A program made the translations under genes and the position numbers. Positions 24,931 to 37,578 of a stretch of 64,000 bases of DNA are shown in pieces. The stretch covers positions 20,522,001 to 20,586,000 of the forward strand of contig NC_043006.1 of NCBI RefSeq assembly GCF_006345805.1, given 5' to 3'. The notes beneath the pieces were generated by a model, which did no database searches, was not told the DNA's origin, and saw only the letters and a list, made by a program, of their open reading frames with translations. The DNA is from Octopus sinensis (taxonomy: Eukaryota). The first letter of the stretch is position 1. Each line of letters begins with the position of its first letter.

Positions 24931-25953
24931 AAAGCCGTTCTCCAGCCTGCTCTGGCCCCTGTGCTGGTGGCACGTAAAAAAACACCCACTACACTGATGG
25001 AGTGGTTGGTGTTAGGAAGGGCATCCAGCTGTAGAAACACTGCCAAATCAGACTAGAGCCTGGTGCAGCCTCCATGGCTTCCAGGCCCCGGTCGAACCAT
25101 CCAACCCATGCTAGCATGGAAAACGGACGTTAAATGATGATGATGATGATGAAAGAGTGAAACAATCACTGGTCAGAGAGACAAAGAGTAAGCTCTTCAT
25201 CATAGGGCCTCTTCAAATCATCCCTGGACAATCCTAGAACAGGCATCAAAACTGAAGGAGTAGTTCTTATAGTTGGTTTATTATTATTATTGTTATTATT
25301 AGCAGCTTTGATTAAGTGGGAGGGAAACGATTACTAATCTTTACAAATCATTTTATTTTTATTATCCTAAATATCACATTCCAGTTAGTGGATTCACACT
25401 GAAGTGCATGTGTCATCATGATGACCATCATCATTGTTTAACGTCCACTTCCCATGCTGGCATGAGTTGGATGGTTTGACTGAGGACTGGCCAGCCAGAA
25501 GGCTGCACCAGGATCCAATCTGATCTGGCAAGGTTTTTATAGCTGGATGCCCTTCCTAACGCCAACTACTCCGAGAGTGTAGGAGGTACTTGTGCATGTG
25601 TGTGGCATTAGGAAGAGCATCTAGCCGTTAAAACCATGCCAAAACAAACATGGGAGTCTGAACAGCCCTTCAACTGGTCAGCTCCTGTCAAATTGTCCCA
25701 CCCATGGCAGCATGGACAACGGATGTTAACTGATGATAATGACAAATATATGCAAGAGTGTGTAGCCTTATAGCATTTATCATGTTTTCGTTTGTTTTAG
25801 GCACCTATGTGCATGCGTGTGTATGTATCTTGAAACCCATAGTCCCATTTAGTGACAACTGAATTTTTCCTTTAAGGTATCACATTGCACATAGCTGTAT
25901 ATATATGTGTGCATGTGTGTGTCTGTATATATATATATATATATATATTATAT

Positions 25954-26220
25954 GGTGTAACACACCATACTAATCATATCTGTCGGGCATGTGGAAGAGA
26001 GTGTAATTCGGCAGGAGGACTTAAACGACATGCAAAGGTACATGAAGCCCAGTTACAACTACAGCCGGCTATTACCAGTAAAGGTTTTAGTTGCCAATTT
26101 TGTACAAGACATTGTAGATCTGTGGCTGGGCTAAAAAATCACATTCGATCACAGCACCAGTAACAGTTGTGCTTCGTGCAATGGCCATACTCGATAATGA
26201 GGGGGCAGCCATAATAATAA
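25954..26220 (+). mobile_element. RTE/BovB-like LINE 3' fragment encoding two C2H2 fingers
   Basis: HICRACGRECNSAGGLKRHAKVH...[24 protein letters not shown] followed by gcaatggccatactcgataatgagggggcagcc and a (TAA)n tail. Confidence 0.75.
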
Positions 26221-26244
26221 TATATTTCAAAAAGTAACCGTGTG

Positions 26245-26420
26245 TGTATCGTTGGCGATTTTCTTCCTCTGTCTTCCCTTCTTTTGGACTTTACTCTATT
26301 TCTGAAGAAGAGCTTTGCTCAAAATGTAAAATTTTCTTTCTTTCCTTTCCTGAACGTCTGATAATACAGTGCTTATACCATGTCCTTGCATTGTTGTTTT
26401 TTCTTGTTTGTTCTTCATAT
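26245..26420 (+). mobile_element. Short Penelope-like repeat (type B) with a hammerhead-like motif at 26298-26332
   Basis: attt-CTGAAGA-A-GAGC-ttt-GCTC-AAA-ATGT-A-aaat. Confidence 0.5.
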
Positions 26421-26423
26421 ATA

Positions 26424-28018
26424 CAGCTTTGGCCAAAAGTATGAGGTCACCATAATGTTTTGGGGTTTGCCGGTGGCACGTAAAAAACACCATCCGAGCG
26501 TGGCCGTTCGCCAGCCTCGTCTGGCACCTGTGTCGGTGGCACATAAAAAACACCATCCGAGCGTGGCCGTTCGCCAGCCTCGTCTGGCACCTGTGTCGGT
26601 GGCACATAAAAACACCATCCGAGCGTGGCCGTTCGCCAGCCTCGTCTGGCACCTGTGTCGGTGGCACATAAAAACACTATCCGAGCGTGGCTGTTCGCCA
26701 GCCTCGTCTGGCACCTGTGCCGGTGGCACGTAAAAAGCACCCACTACACTCACGGAGTGGTTGGCGTTAGGAAGGGCATCCAGCTGTAGAAACACTGCCA
26801 GATCTGACTGGCCTGGTGTAGCCTTCGGGCTTCCCAGACTCCAGTTGAACTGTCCAACCCATGCTAGCATGGAAAGCGGACGTTAAACGATGATGATAAT
26901 GATGATGTTCTGCTATCTCAATGTTAATGAAACCCATGCACATAGTACATTATGGTATATTACGCAATATGCATATGTACTGTACATATGCAACCAATTA
27001 TGAGTTAGACCAACGTCCAAAATTAACTTATGTTTCCTTGATTATTTCAGTGTTTTATACTAAAATACATTGTAGATACAGTTAATAAACAGTAAAATGC
27101 CTAAAACAATGGAGTTGAGTGAGTGTGAGCGAGGTCAAATTGTAGGTCATCATGAAGATGGACTGTCCCAAAGGGTAATTGCTCAGAATATGAAATGTTC
27201 TCGATGTGCGGTGCAAACGACTCTCAAGCACTTCAGAGAGACAAAAGGTGAGAAGGCAATAAAAAGAATAGGGAGCAAAAAAGGCTACATCACCTCGTGA
27301 TGACAGATCTACAGACTGGCCAGCTCAAAGTCCCAAATGAACAACTATGAGGAAACTCTTGGTGAAGCTATCACGAACACAACAATTGAAAATAAAGAGC
27401 AGGAGTGGCTGTGTGGTAAGTAGCTTGCTAACCAACCACATGGTTCCGGGTTCAGTCCCACTGCGTGGCACCTTGGGCAAGTGTCTTCTGCTATAGCCCC
27501 GGGCCGACCAAAGCCTTGTGAGTGGATTTGGTAGACGGAAACTGAATCCATATATGCGTGTGTGTGTTTGTGTGTCTGTGTTTGTCCCCCTAGCATTGCT
27601 TGACAACCGATGCTGGTGTGTTTACGTCCCCGTCACTTAGCAGTTCAGCAAAAGAGACCGATAGAATAAGTACTGGGCTTACAAAGAATAAGTCCCGGGG
27701 TCGATTTGCTCGACTAAAGGCGGTGCTCCAGCATGGCCGCAGTCAAATGACTGAAACAAGTAAAAGAGTAAAGTGTAAGAGAGCATTTGTACCAAAAGCT
27801 GAGAGAAGAATGGAGTAAAACTGCATGTAGCACCTGCAAGAAACTAGTTGATTCAATACCTAACCGTATAAAAGCAGTAATTGATGCAAAAGGAGAGCCA
27901 ACCAGATTTTAAAACTAATGTATATTGTGAAATATACAATATGTGCACGAGTTTCATTAACATTCAGATAGCAGAACCCCAAAACATTGGCGTGGCCACA
28001 TACTTTTGGCCAAGGCTG
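26424..28018 (+). mobile_element. Internally deleted Tc1-like transposon with nested RTE 3' fragment (26470-26906) and SINE A (27397-27770)
   Basis: TA on both sides and TIRs cagc.ttggccaaaagtatg.gg.cac extending about 110 bp. The HTH region MPKTMELSECERGQIVGHHEDGLSQRVIA (from 27097) joins almost directly to DWPAQSP. The C-terminus is LVDSIPNRIKAVIDAKGEPTRF*. Confidence 0.9.
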
Positions 28019-28162
28019 TATGTATATATATATATATAAGTTCAGTAAAATTTAGATTCAGATGAATATTGTACTTAAGTTAAAAGCACCAAAATTTAGT
28101 ATGGTATTATCCATATAATTCAAAATGGGGTGATTATAATCAAAATAAGCAACAAGGATATC

Positions 28163-28406
28163 TAATCTGTTTCTTAAACGAGGGACATATTCATACGGGA
28201 CAATGTTTTTTTTACCTCAATGGACGTCATTGATTGGTTGAAATTGTAGAAATTGAAGATAAAAAAACAACAAATATCTTACAAACTATAGAATTTTCTC
28301 AATAAAGCCAAGAGAAAAAGATGTTTTATAAACACATTCTAGCAGTATACGAAGTTTAAAATTATTAAGTTACCTAGAAATTATGTTAAAAACCCCGAAA
28401 AGATCC
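28163..28406 (-). mobile_element. Half copy of the 8-bp-TSD (Merlin-like) MITE
   Basis: Matches the 53759-54199 family and ends in an eroded TIR ccgaaaagatcc. Confidence 0.8.
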
Positions 28407-28429
28407 GAAAGTATGTCGTTCGAAGCCGA

Positions 28430-29690
28430 AGGGAGCTTACTCGATAATCGCTAGTTGAGACCCTTTTTTTTTTTTTTTTCTTTTTGCTTCCGGAAGGATC
28501 GCACATAGCCGACAACTTCGAGGAGCAACAGACTGAAGAATCATCCTCGAACGAACACCTCTCTCTCCCTCTTTTCAAAAAACCATTATCAGTTTAGTTG
28601 ATAGTGAGCCTGGGTTGGGACTGAAACCGGGGTTGCGAAGTTGGTTACCCAGCTCTAAAGACACTTAACCCGTCGGTCTCGGAAGTAAAAAAAAAAAAAA
28701 TGTGTCTTGTTTTATCTAGTTTCATTTTACCGAACGTTGAAACCAATTCCGGTAATTGATATCTCACCTTTGGACAGAAAACAGAAAAGTAAAAAAGAAG
28801 ACCAAAAAAAAAAAAAATCTGAAAAAAATGAATCATTTCAACCTTCAACAACCTGCTATTTTGTTCTCCCTTAATTAAGAGCGCCCTCCCCCTCAACACA
28901 TACGCACACACAACCAGTAACAGAACGAGGGGCAAGGTTCAAACACATAATTTCTCAAACAGAAATGAGAAATTTCACCAAATCCTAGCCTATATATCAT
29001 ATATATATACATGTTAATATTCATAGGTGCATTCACACACACACTTTTACGGTGGTTTTCGAATTGAATAAAGCTATAAATATTAAACATGTTACAAGTT
29101 GGGGTTGAACAGCCAAAACCCTTTGGATGTTAAAAAGCTAGGACGTTACCCGACGGACACGAAACCACTTCTATAACACAATGTAAACATATACACATGG
29201 ATATACACACAAACCGTGGTTTGTTTTCTTTTCCTACTATCTCGCTATATACCGGGTTTCATGTTGAAATATACAAAATAAACATTACCACTTGGGTGTT
29301 GTCTCCTGGGGGCACTGTCTTCGTATGCATACATACATACATATATATATATATATAAAACAAGAAACACAAAAAGAAGAGTCCCCAAAACTTGAAATAA
29401 TAAATAAACTTCACTTACATTATTTCTTCTGAAAGTCAATAAATGATTTGGTAAAACTTTTTCCAGAAAGATTGCAAGTAAATAGCGTAGACGATATATA
29501 TTACAGACGTGATATAAATACGATATATAATGGGTGTGTATGTGTGTTTAGAAGAGCAAACGGGAACAAAACAAACTGTGTTGTGTTAACATTGTGGCTG
29601 TGACGGACCGTGAATTTAACAGCCGCCGCCGCCACCACCACCACCTTGCAGTAGACAGAGTCTTTCATATATCCGCTTTATCTCTCTCTC
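28430..29690 (-). promoter_or_regulatory. Candidate CpG-richer promoter with alternative first exons of a minus-strand transcript
   Basis: ETS-like CTTCCGGAAG (28487-28496) and CGGAAGT (28680-28686). Three minus-strand donors: GA|GTAAGC (boundary 28441), AG|GTGAGA (28768) and AT|GTAAGT (29419). Unique, non-repeat sequence. Confidence 0.45.
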
Positions 29691-29865
29691 TCTCTCTCTC
29701 TACATACATATATATTATATATTATATATATATCTTTATATATACAGATATATAATAGATATATATTATACATACACATATATACACACATATATATATA
29801 TATATATATACATATATACATATATATATAAATAGATATATATATATATATACACATATATACAC

Positions 29866-29896
<31 letters not shown>

Positions 29897-29985
29897 ATAT
29901 ATATATATAAATAGATATATATATATATATATACTTATATATATACATATAAACATATACATATATATATATATATATAAATAGA

Positions 29986-30040
<55 letters not shown>

Positions 30041-30228
30041 ATAATATATATATATACATATATATATATATAATATATATATATATACATATACATATAC
30101 ATATATATATACATATACATATATATATACACATATACATATATATTTATACATATATACATATACATATATACATATACACATATATATATATATATAC
30201 ATATATGTATACATATACATATATATAC

Positions 30229-33200
30229 ACATCATCATCGTTTAACGTCCGCTTTCCATGCTAGCATGGGTTGGACGGTTCAACTGGGGTCTGGGAAGCC
30301 AGAAGGCTGCACCAGGCCCAGTCTGATCTGGCAGTGTTTCTACAGCTGGATGCCCTTCCTAACGCCAACCACTCCGTGAGTGTAGTGGGTGCTTTTTACA
30401 TGCCACCGGCATAGGTGCCAGATGAGGCTGGCAAACGGCCACGATCTGATGGTGCTTTTCACGTACCACAGGCACGGAGACCAGACGAGGCTGGCAATGG
30501 CCACGATCGGATGGTGCTTTTTACGTGCCACTGGCATGGAGGCCAGTCAGGGCGGTGCTGGCTACGGCCACATCAGATGGTTCTCTTACGTGCCACCGGC
30601 ACTGGTATCACAGCTACAAATTCCATTGATGTTGATCGATTGCCTCAACAGGTCTTCACAAGTAGAGTTTTGTGTCCCAAGAATGAAAGGAATGCATAAG
30701 TGGGCTTGCTACAATCCCAGGTAGAGGCCACGGGTTATGGCCTCACTTGTTCAGCCGGGTCTTCTCATGCACAGCATACTTCCAAAGGTCTCGGTCTCTA
30801 GTCATTTCCTCGGTGAGACCTAAAGTTCGAAGGTCGTGCTTCACCACCTCATCCCAGGTTTTCATGAGTCTACCTCTTCCACAGGTTCCCTCAACTGCTA
30901 GGGTGTGGCACTTTTTCACACAACTATCTTCATCCATTCTCACCACATGACCATACCAATGCAAACGTCTCTCTTGCACACCACAACTGATGCTTCTTAG
31001 GTCCAGCTTTTCTCTCAAGGTACTAACACTCTGTCGAGTATGAACACTGACGTTACACATCCATCGGAGAATACTGGCTTCATTTCTTGCAAGCTTACGC
31101 ATATCCTCAGCAGTCACGGCCCATGTTTCACTGCTATGTAGCATAGCTGTTCGTACACATGCGTCATACAATCTGCCTTTTACTTTGAGCGAGAGGCCTT
31201 TTGTCACCAGCAGAGGTAAGAGCTCTCTGAACTTTGCCCAGGCTATTCTTACTCTAGCAGTTACACTTTCATCACACCCGCCACCGCTACTGACTTGGTC
31301 ACCTAGGTAACGGAAGCTATCAACTATTTCTAGTTTTTCTCCCTGGAATGTGGCAGAAGATGGTCTCTGCGTATTTTCAGTGTTTATTGCTCCTGAGTAT
31401 CTGCCACATACAAAAAACTATCTTCCTAGTTAGCCTTCCTTTGACATTGCTGCACCTCTTGTGTGTCCATAGCTTACACTTGGTGCATCTTATAGAGTTT
31501 CTACCTACGCCTTTTCTACAGATCGAGCAGGGCCATCTACCTGAAGGTGTCTGTGATTTGTCTACCTTCCTACTAATTAGAACTTTGGTTTTAGCTAGGT
31601 TGACTCTAAGGCCCTTCGATTCTAATCCTTGCTTCCACACCTGAAACCTCTCCTCCAGTTCTGACAGTGACTCAGCAATTAGGGCAAGGTCATCAGCATA
31701 GAGGAGCTCCCAGGGGCATCCTGTCTTGAATTCCTCCGTTATTGCTTGGAGGACTATGATAAATAGGACGGGGGGGCGAGGACTGAACCTTGGTGGACCC
31801 CAACCTCTACCTGGAATTCTTCACTGTACTCGTTGCCAACCCTCACCTTACTAACAGCGTCCCTGTACCTGGCTCGTACAGCTCTCACTAACCATTCATC
31901 TATCCCTAGTTTCCTCATTGACCACCAGATAAGGGATCGGGAGAGCCTGTCAAAGGCTTTCTCCATGTCAACGAAAGCCAGGTACAGAGGTTTATCTTTG
32001 GCTAGGTATTTCTCCTGCAGCTGTCTCACCAGAAATATGGCATCAGTGGTGCTTTTCCCTGGCATGAAACCAAACTGCATGTCGTCCAAGTTGACTCTCT
32101 CCCTAATCAGTTGGGCTATGACCCTCTTCGTAACCTTCATTACCTGATCCAACATCTTGATACCTCAGTAATTATTTGTATCTAGGGTGTCACCTTTACC
32201 TTTGTAGCAGTTGACTATTATGCTGCTACACCAGTCATTGGGTATGACTCCTTCATGTATCACCTGGTTAACTATACGGGTGACTAGGCTATAGCCGACG
32301 CTGCCAGATATTTTGAGCATCTCTGCAGTAATTCTTGATGGGCCTGGGGCTTTCCCTGTCTTCATACTTCTAATTTCTTTAACTACCAAAGAACTGTCAA
32401 CTCGGATAGCTGGTCTGTCTGTTGGGTTGACATTCGGCAGACTCTCCTAGCTTCCCTTCTGGCAGTCTGATACAGTTCCCTGCTACCTCCGTTCTTCCAG
32501 TCCCCCCAAGCCTGTTTCTTTTGTCTAATAGCCCTGTCAACCACATTGTTCCACCACCACCACCACGTTACTTTGGGTCGAGATGGGACTTTGCTCCATC
32601 CACAGATCTGGTCAGTGGCTGTCAGCAGATTGTCCCATAGAAACCTCCAGTTTTCTTCCACATTATGTGAAGCTATATCCCCTTCTATTTCATCGAAGAC
32701 TTCGAGTAGTACGTCTCTAAATCCTTCCATTTGCAGGATCTTAAGCTTCCAGACCCTTCTCCTCCAAGCTGGTCTTCTGGGCACCATTTAGCCCTGAGCC
32801 TGAATCGCTAACTACTAATCTATGTTGAGGAGTACATTCTTCACCTGGGAAGGTTTTGGCATTTATAAGCAGCCCTCTTTCCCTCTTTCTGGCGAGGATG
32901 TAGTCAATTTGGCTAGTGTGTTTACCAGAACGTTAGGTGACTAGGTGAGAGGTGGGTTTCCTGAAGTTGGTATTGCAAACCATAAAGTCATTCCATCGCA
33001 GAACTCTAGCAGCCTGGTTCCCTCCTCATTGCGAGAACCAAAACCGTAGCTTCCATGTACGCCATGGAAACCCCCGACATGCCGTCCAACATGTCCATTG
33101 AAGTCACCTGCCACAAAGAGAAGGTCCCTGTCATTTGTCAATGAGGTAGTCTGCAATAGGGTGTCGTAGAATCTGTCTTTTTGTCCTTCCGGTAGCCCCG

Positions 33201-33414
33201 GTTGAGGGGCATATGCCGAGATGATGGTAGCTGACCTATGGTGAAGCACTAATCTAATCTTAAGTACTCTGTCACTTACTCTGACTACCTCGATTACCTT
33301 TTCAACCCATTTCTCCGCAAGAAGTATACCCACGCCCTCGACCCCGTCAGTGTTCCCTGCCCAGAAAATCTTGTACCTGTGTTCTTTGCCTGTGAGGAAC
33401 CTAGCAGAACCTAT
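30229..33414 (-). mobile_element. RTE-clade LINE, 5'-truncated, with APE endonuclease and reverse transcriptase, multiple stops and frameshifts
   Basis: Endonuclease IISAYAPQPG...VAGDFNGHVG (33423-32941). RT KAPGPSRITAEMLK, QFGFMPGKSTTDAIF..RQLQEK, FVDMEKAFDR, GVHQGSVL, LLYADDL (in catcagcatagaggag). C-terminus WYGHVVRM...GRGRLMKTWDEVVK, then a 500-bp 3' UTR and (ATG)n tail. Confidence 0.95.
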
Positions 33415-33548
33415 ACAATACATGTATATACATACATATAATATATATATATATTATGATATATATATATATATATACATACAATATATATACACATCTA
33501 TTACACACACATATATATACACATACATATATATATACACATATATAT

Positions 33549-33581
<33 letters not shown>

Positions 33582-33857
33582 CACACACATATATATATAT
33601 ACACACACACACATATATATACACATATATATATACACACACATATATATATACACACACACATATATATATATATATATACACATATATATATACACAT
33701 ACATAAATATAATATATATATACAAATATATATATACATATACATAAATATAATATATATATACACATATATACATATATATACACATATATATATATAT
33801 ATACACACACATGTATACACATATGTATACATATATATATACATATATACACACACC

Positions 33858-34238
33858 TTATGGCTGCCCCCTCGTTATCGAGTATGGCCATTGCACGAAG
33901 CTTAACTGTTCTGGTGCTGTGATCAAATGTGACTTTTAGCCCAGCCAAGATCTACAATGTCTTGTACAGAATTGGCAACTAAAACCTTTACCGGTAATAA
34001 CCGGCTTTAGTTGTAACTGGGCTTCATGTACCTTTGCATGTCGTTTAAGTCCTCCTGCCGAATTACACTCTCTTCCACATGCCTGACAAATATGATTAGT
34101 ATGGGGTGTAACACCACCACCAGTGGCCAGGTTGTCACTCATCTGTCTCGCTTTATGACTACGAAGATGACTCTTGAGTCCAGCTTTACTGAGGCAGGGT
34201 CTTGCACAGACACTGCATGTCAGCATCATAGGAAGAAC
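33858..34238 (-). mobile_element. RTE/BovB-like LINE 3' fragment encoding three C2H2 fingers
   Basis: [42 protein letters not shown] and [10 protein letters not shown] (1-bp deletion relative to the 25954 copy), with the same 3' end, embedded in TA/CA microsatellite. Confidence 0.8.
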
Positions 34239-34895
34239 ACATATATACATATATAAACATATATATACATATATATATACACATATATATATACTTATAT
34301 ATATATATGTATATATGCATATATACACACATATATACAAATATAAACGTATATATACATATACACATACATATATATATATATACATATATGCATATAC
34401 ATACATATATGCATATACATACATACATACACATACATACATACACATACATACATATATACACATACATACATATATATATACACACATATATATACAT
34501 ACATACATATATACATACATACATATATACATACATATATACATACATACATACATATATACATACATATATACATACATACATACATATAAATATATAT
34601 ATATATAAACATATATATATATATACAACATAGGTGAGGTAGGTACAATAAATTCAGTGTGAATACTTGTTATTTTTGTTTTTTATTTTATCTTTTACTT
34701 TTTATTTTATATACACTTTACATTTTCACAATACATTTCTAGAATTTATGACTCTGTACTGATGTTCTTTATATCTTTATACTTTTATATCTTTACCTTT
34801 TATTATATTTTATTATACTCGTTACTCTTTTACTTGTTTCAGTCATTTGACTGCAGCCATGCTGGAGCACCGCCTTTAATCGAGCAACTCAATCC

Positions 34896-34995
34896 NNNNN
34901 NNNNNNNNNNNNNNNNNNNNNNNNNNNNNNNNNNNNNNNNNNNNNNNNNNNNNNNNNNNNNNNNNNNNNNNNNNNNNNNNNNNNNNNNNNNNNNN
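34896..34995. other. Assembly gap (100 N)
   Basis: Run of N, preceded by a truncated SINE A tail (about 34820-34895). Confidence 1.
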
Positions 34996-35846
34996 ACCTT
35001 TCTATATAAAAGCTAGGGCTCCGTGACCTTAACCAAACATATCTCTTTTACTAATAGCAACACGTGATCCGACCATTTAAAAAACACCACACACACACAC
35101 AGATATGTAAACATATTGCACATTCGGTTTCGTTTTGTTAGAGATACAATAACCCAGGAAGGGAGCCTTTTCGCATGTTCATTCAAGCCCCTAAGAAATA
35201 CCAGCCAAATGTCTATAATCACACTCGTCTTTAAATTAAAAAAAAAAAAAATAATAATAATAATAACTACAGTCCTAGATACACTCTGTTTGAATAGCAA
35301 ATACATAAACGGGGTGGTTGGATCATGTTTGGTGATGATAGGTCTGCCTCAGATAGATTTGGAAGCGTAAATAATAACATCTAGAAACCGAAAGGCACCA
35401 CTAGTTCTGGCCTTCCATAATGACAACCACTTTACTGTTTTAAGGCAATGACCTCGAAAACAGTAGTCGTAAATTTTCAGATTGGCTTTTCAAAAGATAA
35501 AAACCATGAACCTTCTCTGCTTCTCTTTCTTTCGCTCACCCTCTCTCTTCCTAATGCTACAGGAGAATCTCTGTATCAGCTGTTCGTTGCAGATCACATT
35601 ATATTGATTCCGTCAGTAGTGTGTGTATGTGTGTATTGTGTGTGTGTGATACAAAATGCAGGAGTGAAAGTCGAGTAGGAGCCAAAACCCTCATTTACGT
35701 TTCTGTCTATTCTCCTTTTTATTTGCTTAAAATGCGAATGTGTATGTGTGAGTTTCATATAAGGATATCAATATTATTTTCTCTCTGTCTCTCTCTCTCA
35801 CGTATACGTGTGTTTGTACGTGTACATACGCATAGACATTAGACGT

Positions 35847-35878
<32 letters not shown>

Positions 35879-36037
35879 TCATTCATACATCAGACACATA
35901 CATATAATATACATATTCATTCATACATCAGACACATATGATATACATAATACATGTATTCATACAACTACCCATACATATATCACTCACTATTCAAATA
36001 GAAACACCTGTACACAGTACTTCCCGTTTATATATTA

Positions 36038-36422
36038 CTAGTAGTATCGCCCGGCGTTGTTCGGGTTTGTAAGGGAAATAACTATATAAGCATTTTTAGA
36101 GAGTTACTTCCCTTATATAATAGCAAAAAAATGATGGTAAATTTGTTTTTTTAAATCGTCGACTCATCGTAAACATTTTTAGAGAGTTACTTCCCTTATA
36201 TAATAGCGAAAAAATGCATTAAAATGGAAAAAAATGTTTGTAAATTTTTTTTTTAAATCGTAGACTCATCGTAGAGACGCGCGCTAATACCCAGAAGGGC
36301 TAGATATGAATCACGACTATAAGATACCCGGTTTTGGTTACACTGCACCACAAAATGTGGGAGTAGTTAGGAATCTAAATCATTGGGAGACAGACACACA
36401 ACTTCTCTTTTATATATAAAGA
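36038..36422 (-). mobile_element. Non-autonomous Helitron, same family as 15202-15714 with a different interior
   Basis: The reverse complement starts TC, ends CTAG|T, and has the same subterminal hairpin. It carries an internal duplication of tagagagttacttcccttatataatagc. Confidence 0.85.
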
Positions 36423-37126
36423 TATATTCACATGTACACATATGTGTGTGTGTGATTTGTGAACACTGATCAACTGTTGAGTGAACAAAGAAGCGTTTGC
36501 AAAGCAACTCGAACTGCTAGAAATGGCGACTAAATCTCCCTCAAATTACGCTGAAAAGGAAAAGACACATTGGATAATCTAGTTATAGTTACCTCTAAAA
36601 ATGGTGAGGCCGTCGAAGCTAAAAATTTCTTTGAACATAGGATTGCTTAATATGATCATAGGAAGGGTTTAACATCAACAACGGATTGAATTTTATAAAA
36701 TATCATACACACGCGCATATATAGTGTATCTTTGGTTCATTTCCAAACGCAAACCTTTATCTGTTTCCAAGTAAAGGGGTTTTTATTTTAATCCACAGAT
36801 CTTTGAAAGCACAGAGCGACTGATCATAATGCAAACAAGGAAATGTATCAACAGTCACACACACTTTTATAGATATAAAAATGTATACATATACATATAT
36901 GTATATACACATACATATACATACGTACTATATACATTCATATAAAAATAATAAAGGTGTCCGGAAGCAATTTAAAACTAAAAAGGAAATAATTCACTGC
37001 CACTAAAAGTGACCAAAGTGTGCAATGAGCACCAGTATTGCTAGAAATAAGAGTCAAAGACTCCTTAGCTACAAAACATGACTTTTTGTGTTTAGTATAC
37101 ATTCATATATGCATAGACATACATGC

Positions 37127-37163
<37 letters not shown>

Positions 37164-37164
<1 letters not shown>

Positions 37165-37533
37165 TCTTTTACTTGTTTCAGTCATTTGACTGCGGCCATG
37201 CTGGAGCACCGCCTTTAATCGAGCAACTCGACCCCGGAACTTATTCTTTTGTAAGCCCAGTACTTATTCTATCTGTCTCTTTTGCCGAACCGCTAAGTAA
37301 CGGTTGTCAAGCAATGGTAGGGGGACAAACACAGACACGCATATATATATATATATATACACATATATACGACGGGCTTCTTTCAGTTTCCGTCTACCAA
37401 ATCCACTCACATGGCTTTGGTCGGGCCGAGGCTATAGTAGAAGACACTTGCCCAAGGTGCCACGCAGTGGTACTGAACCCAGAACCATGTGATTGGGAAA
37501 CAAGCTACTTACCACACAGCCACTCCTGCGCCT
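37164..37533 (-). mobile_element. SINE family A
   Basis: Canonical sequence with a short internal deletion. An oppositely oriented, head-truncated copy lies at 38005-38372. Confidence 0.9.

Positions 37534-37578
<45 letters not shown>

Noticed and set aside
25885-26163. Host C2H2 zinc-finger gene
   Set aside because: No TGEKP linkers, present twice with the same retroelement 3' end and tail, and one copy is frameshifted.
35563-35625. Strong plus-strand acceptor followed by GESLYQLFVADHIILIPS
   Set aside because: No convincing partner exons or homology, and CT-rich tracts are common here.
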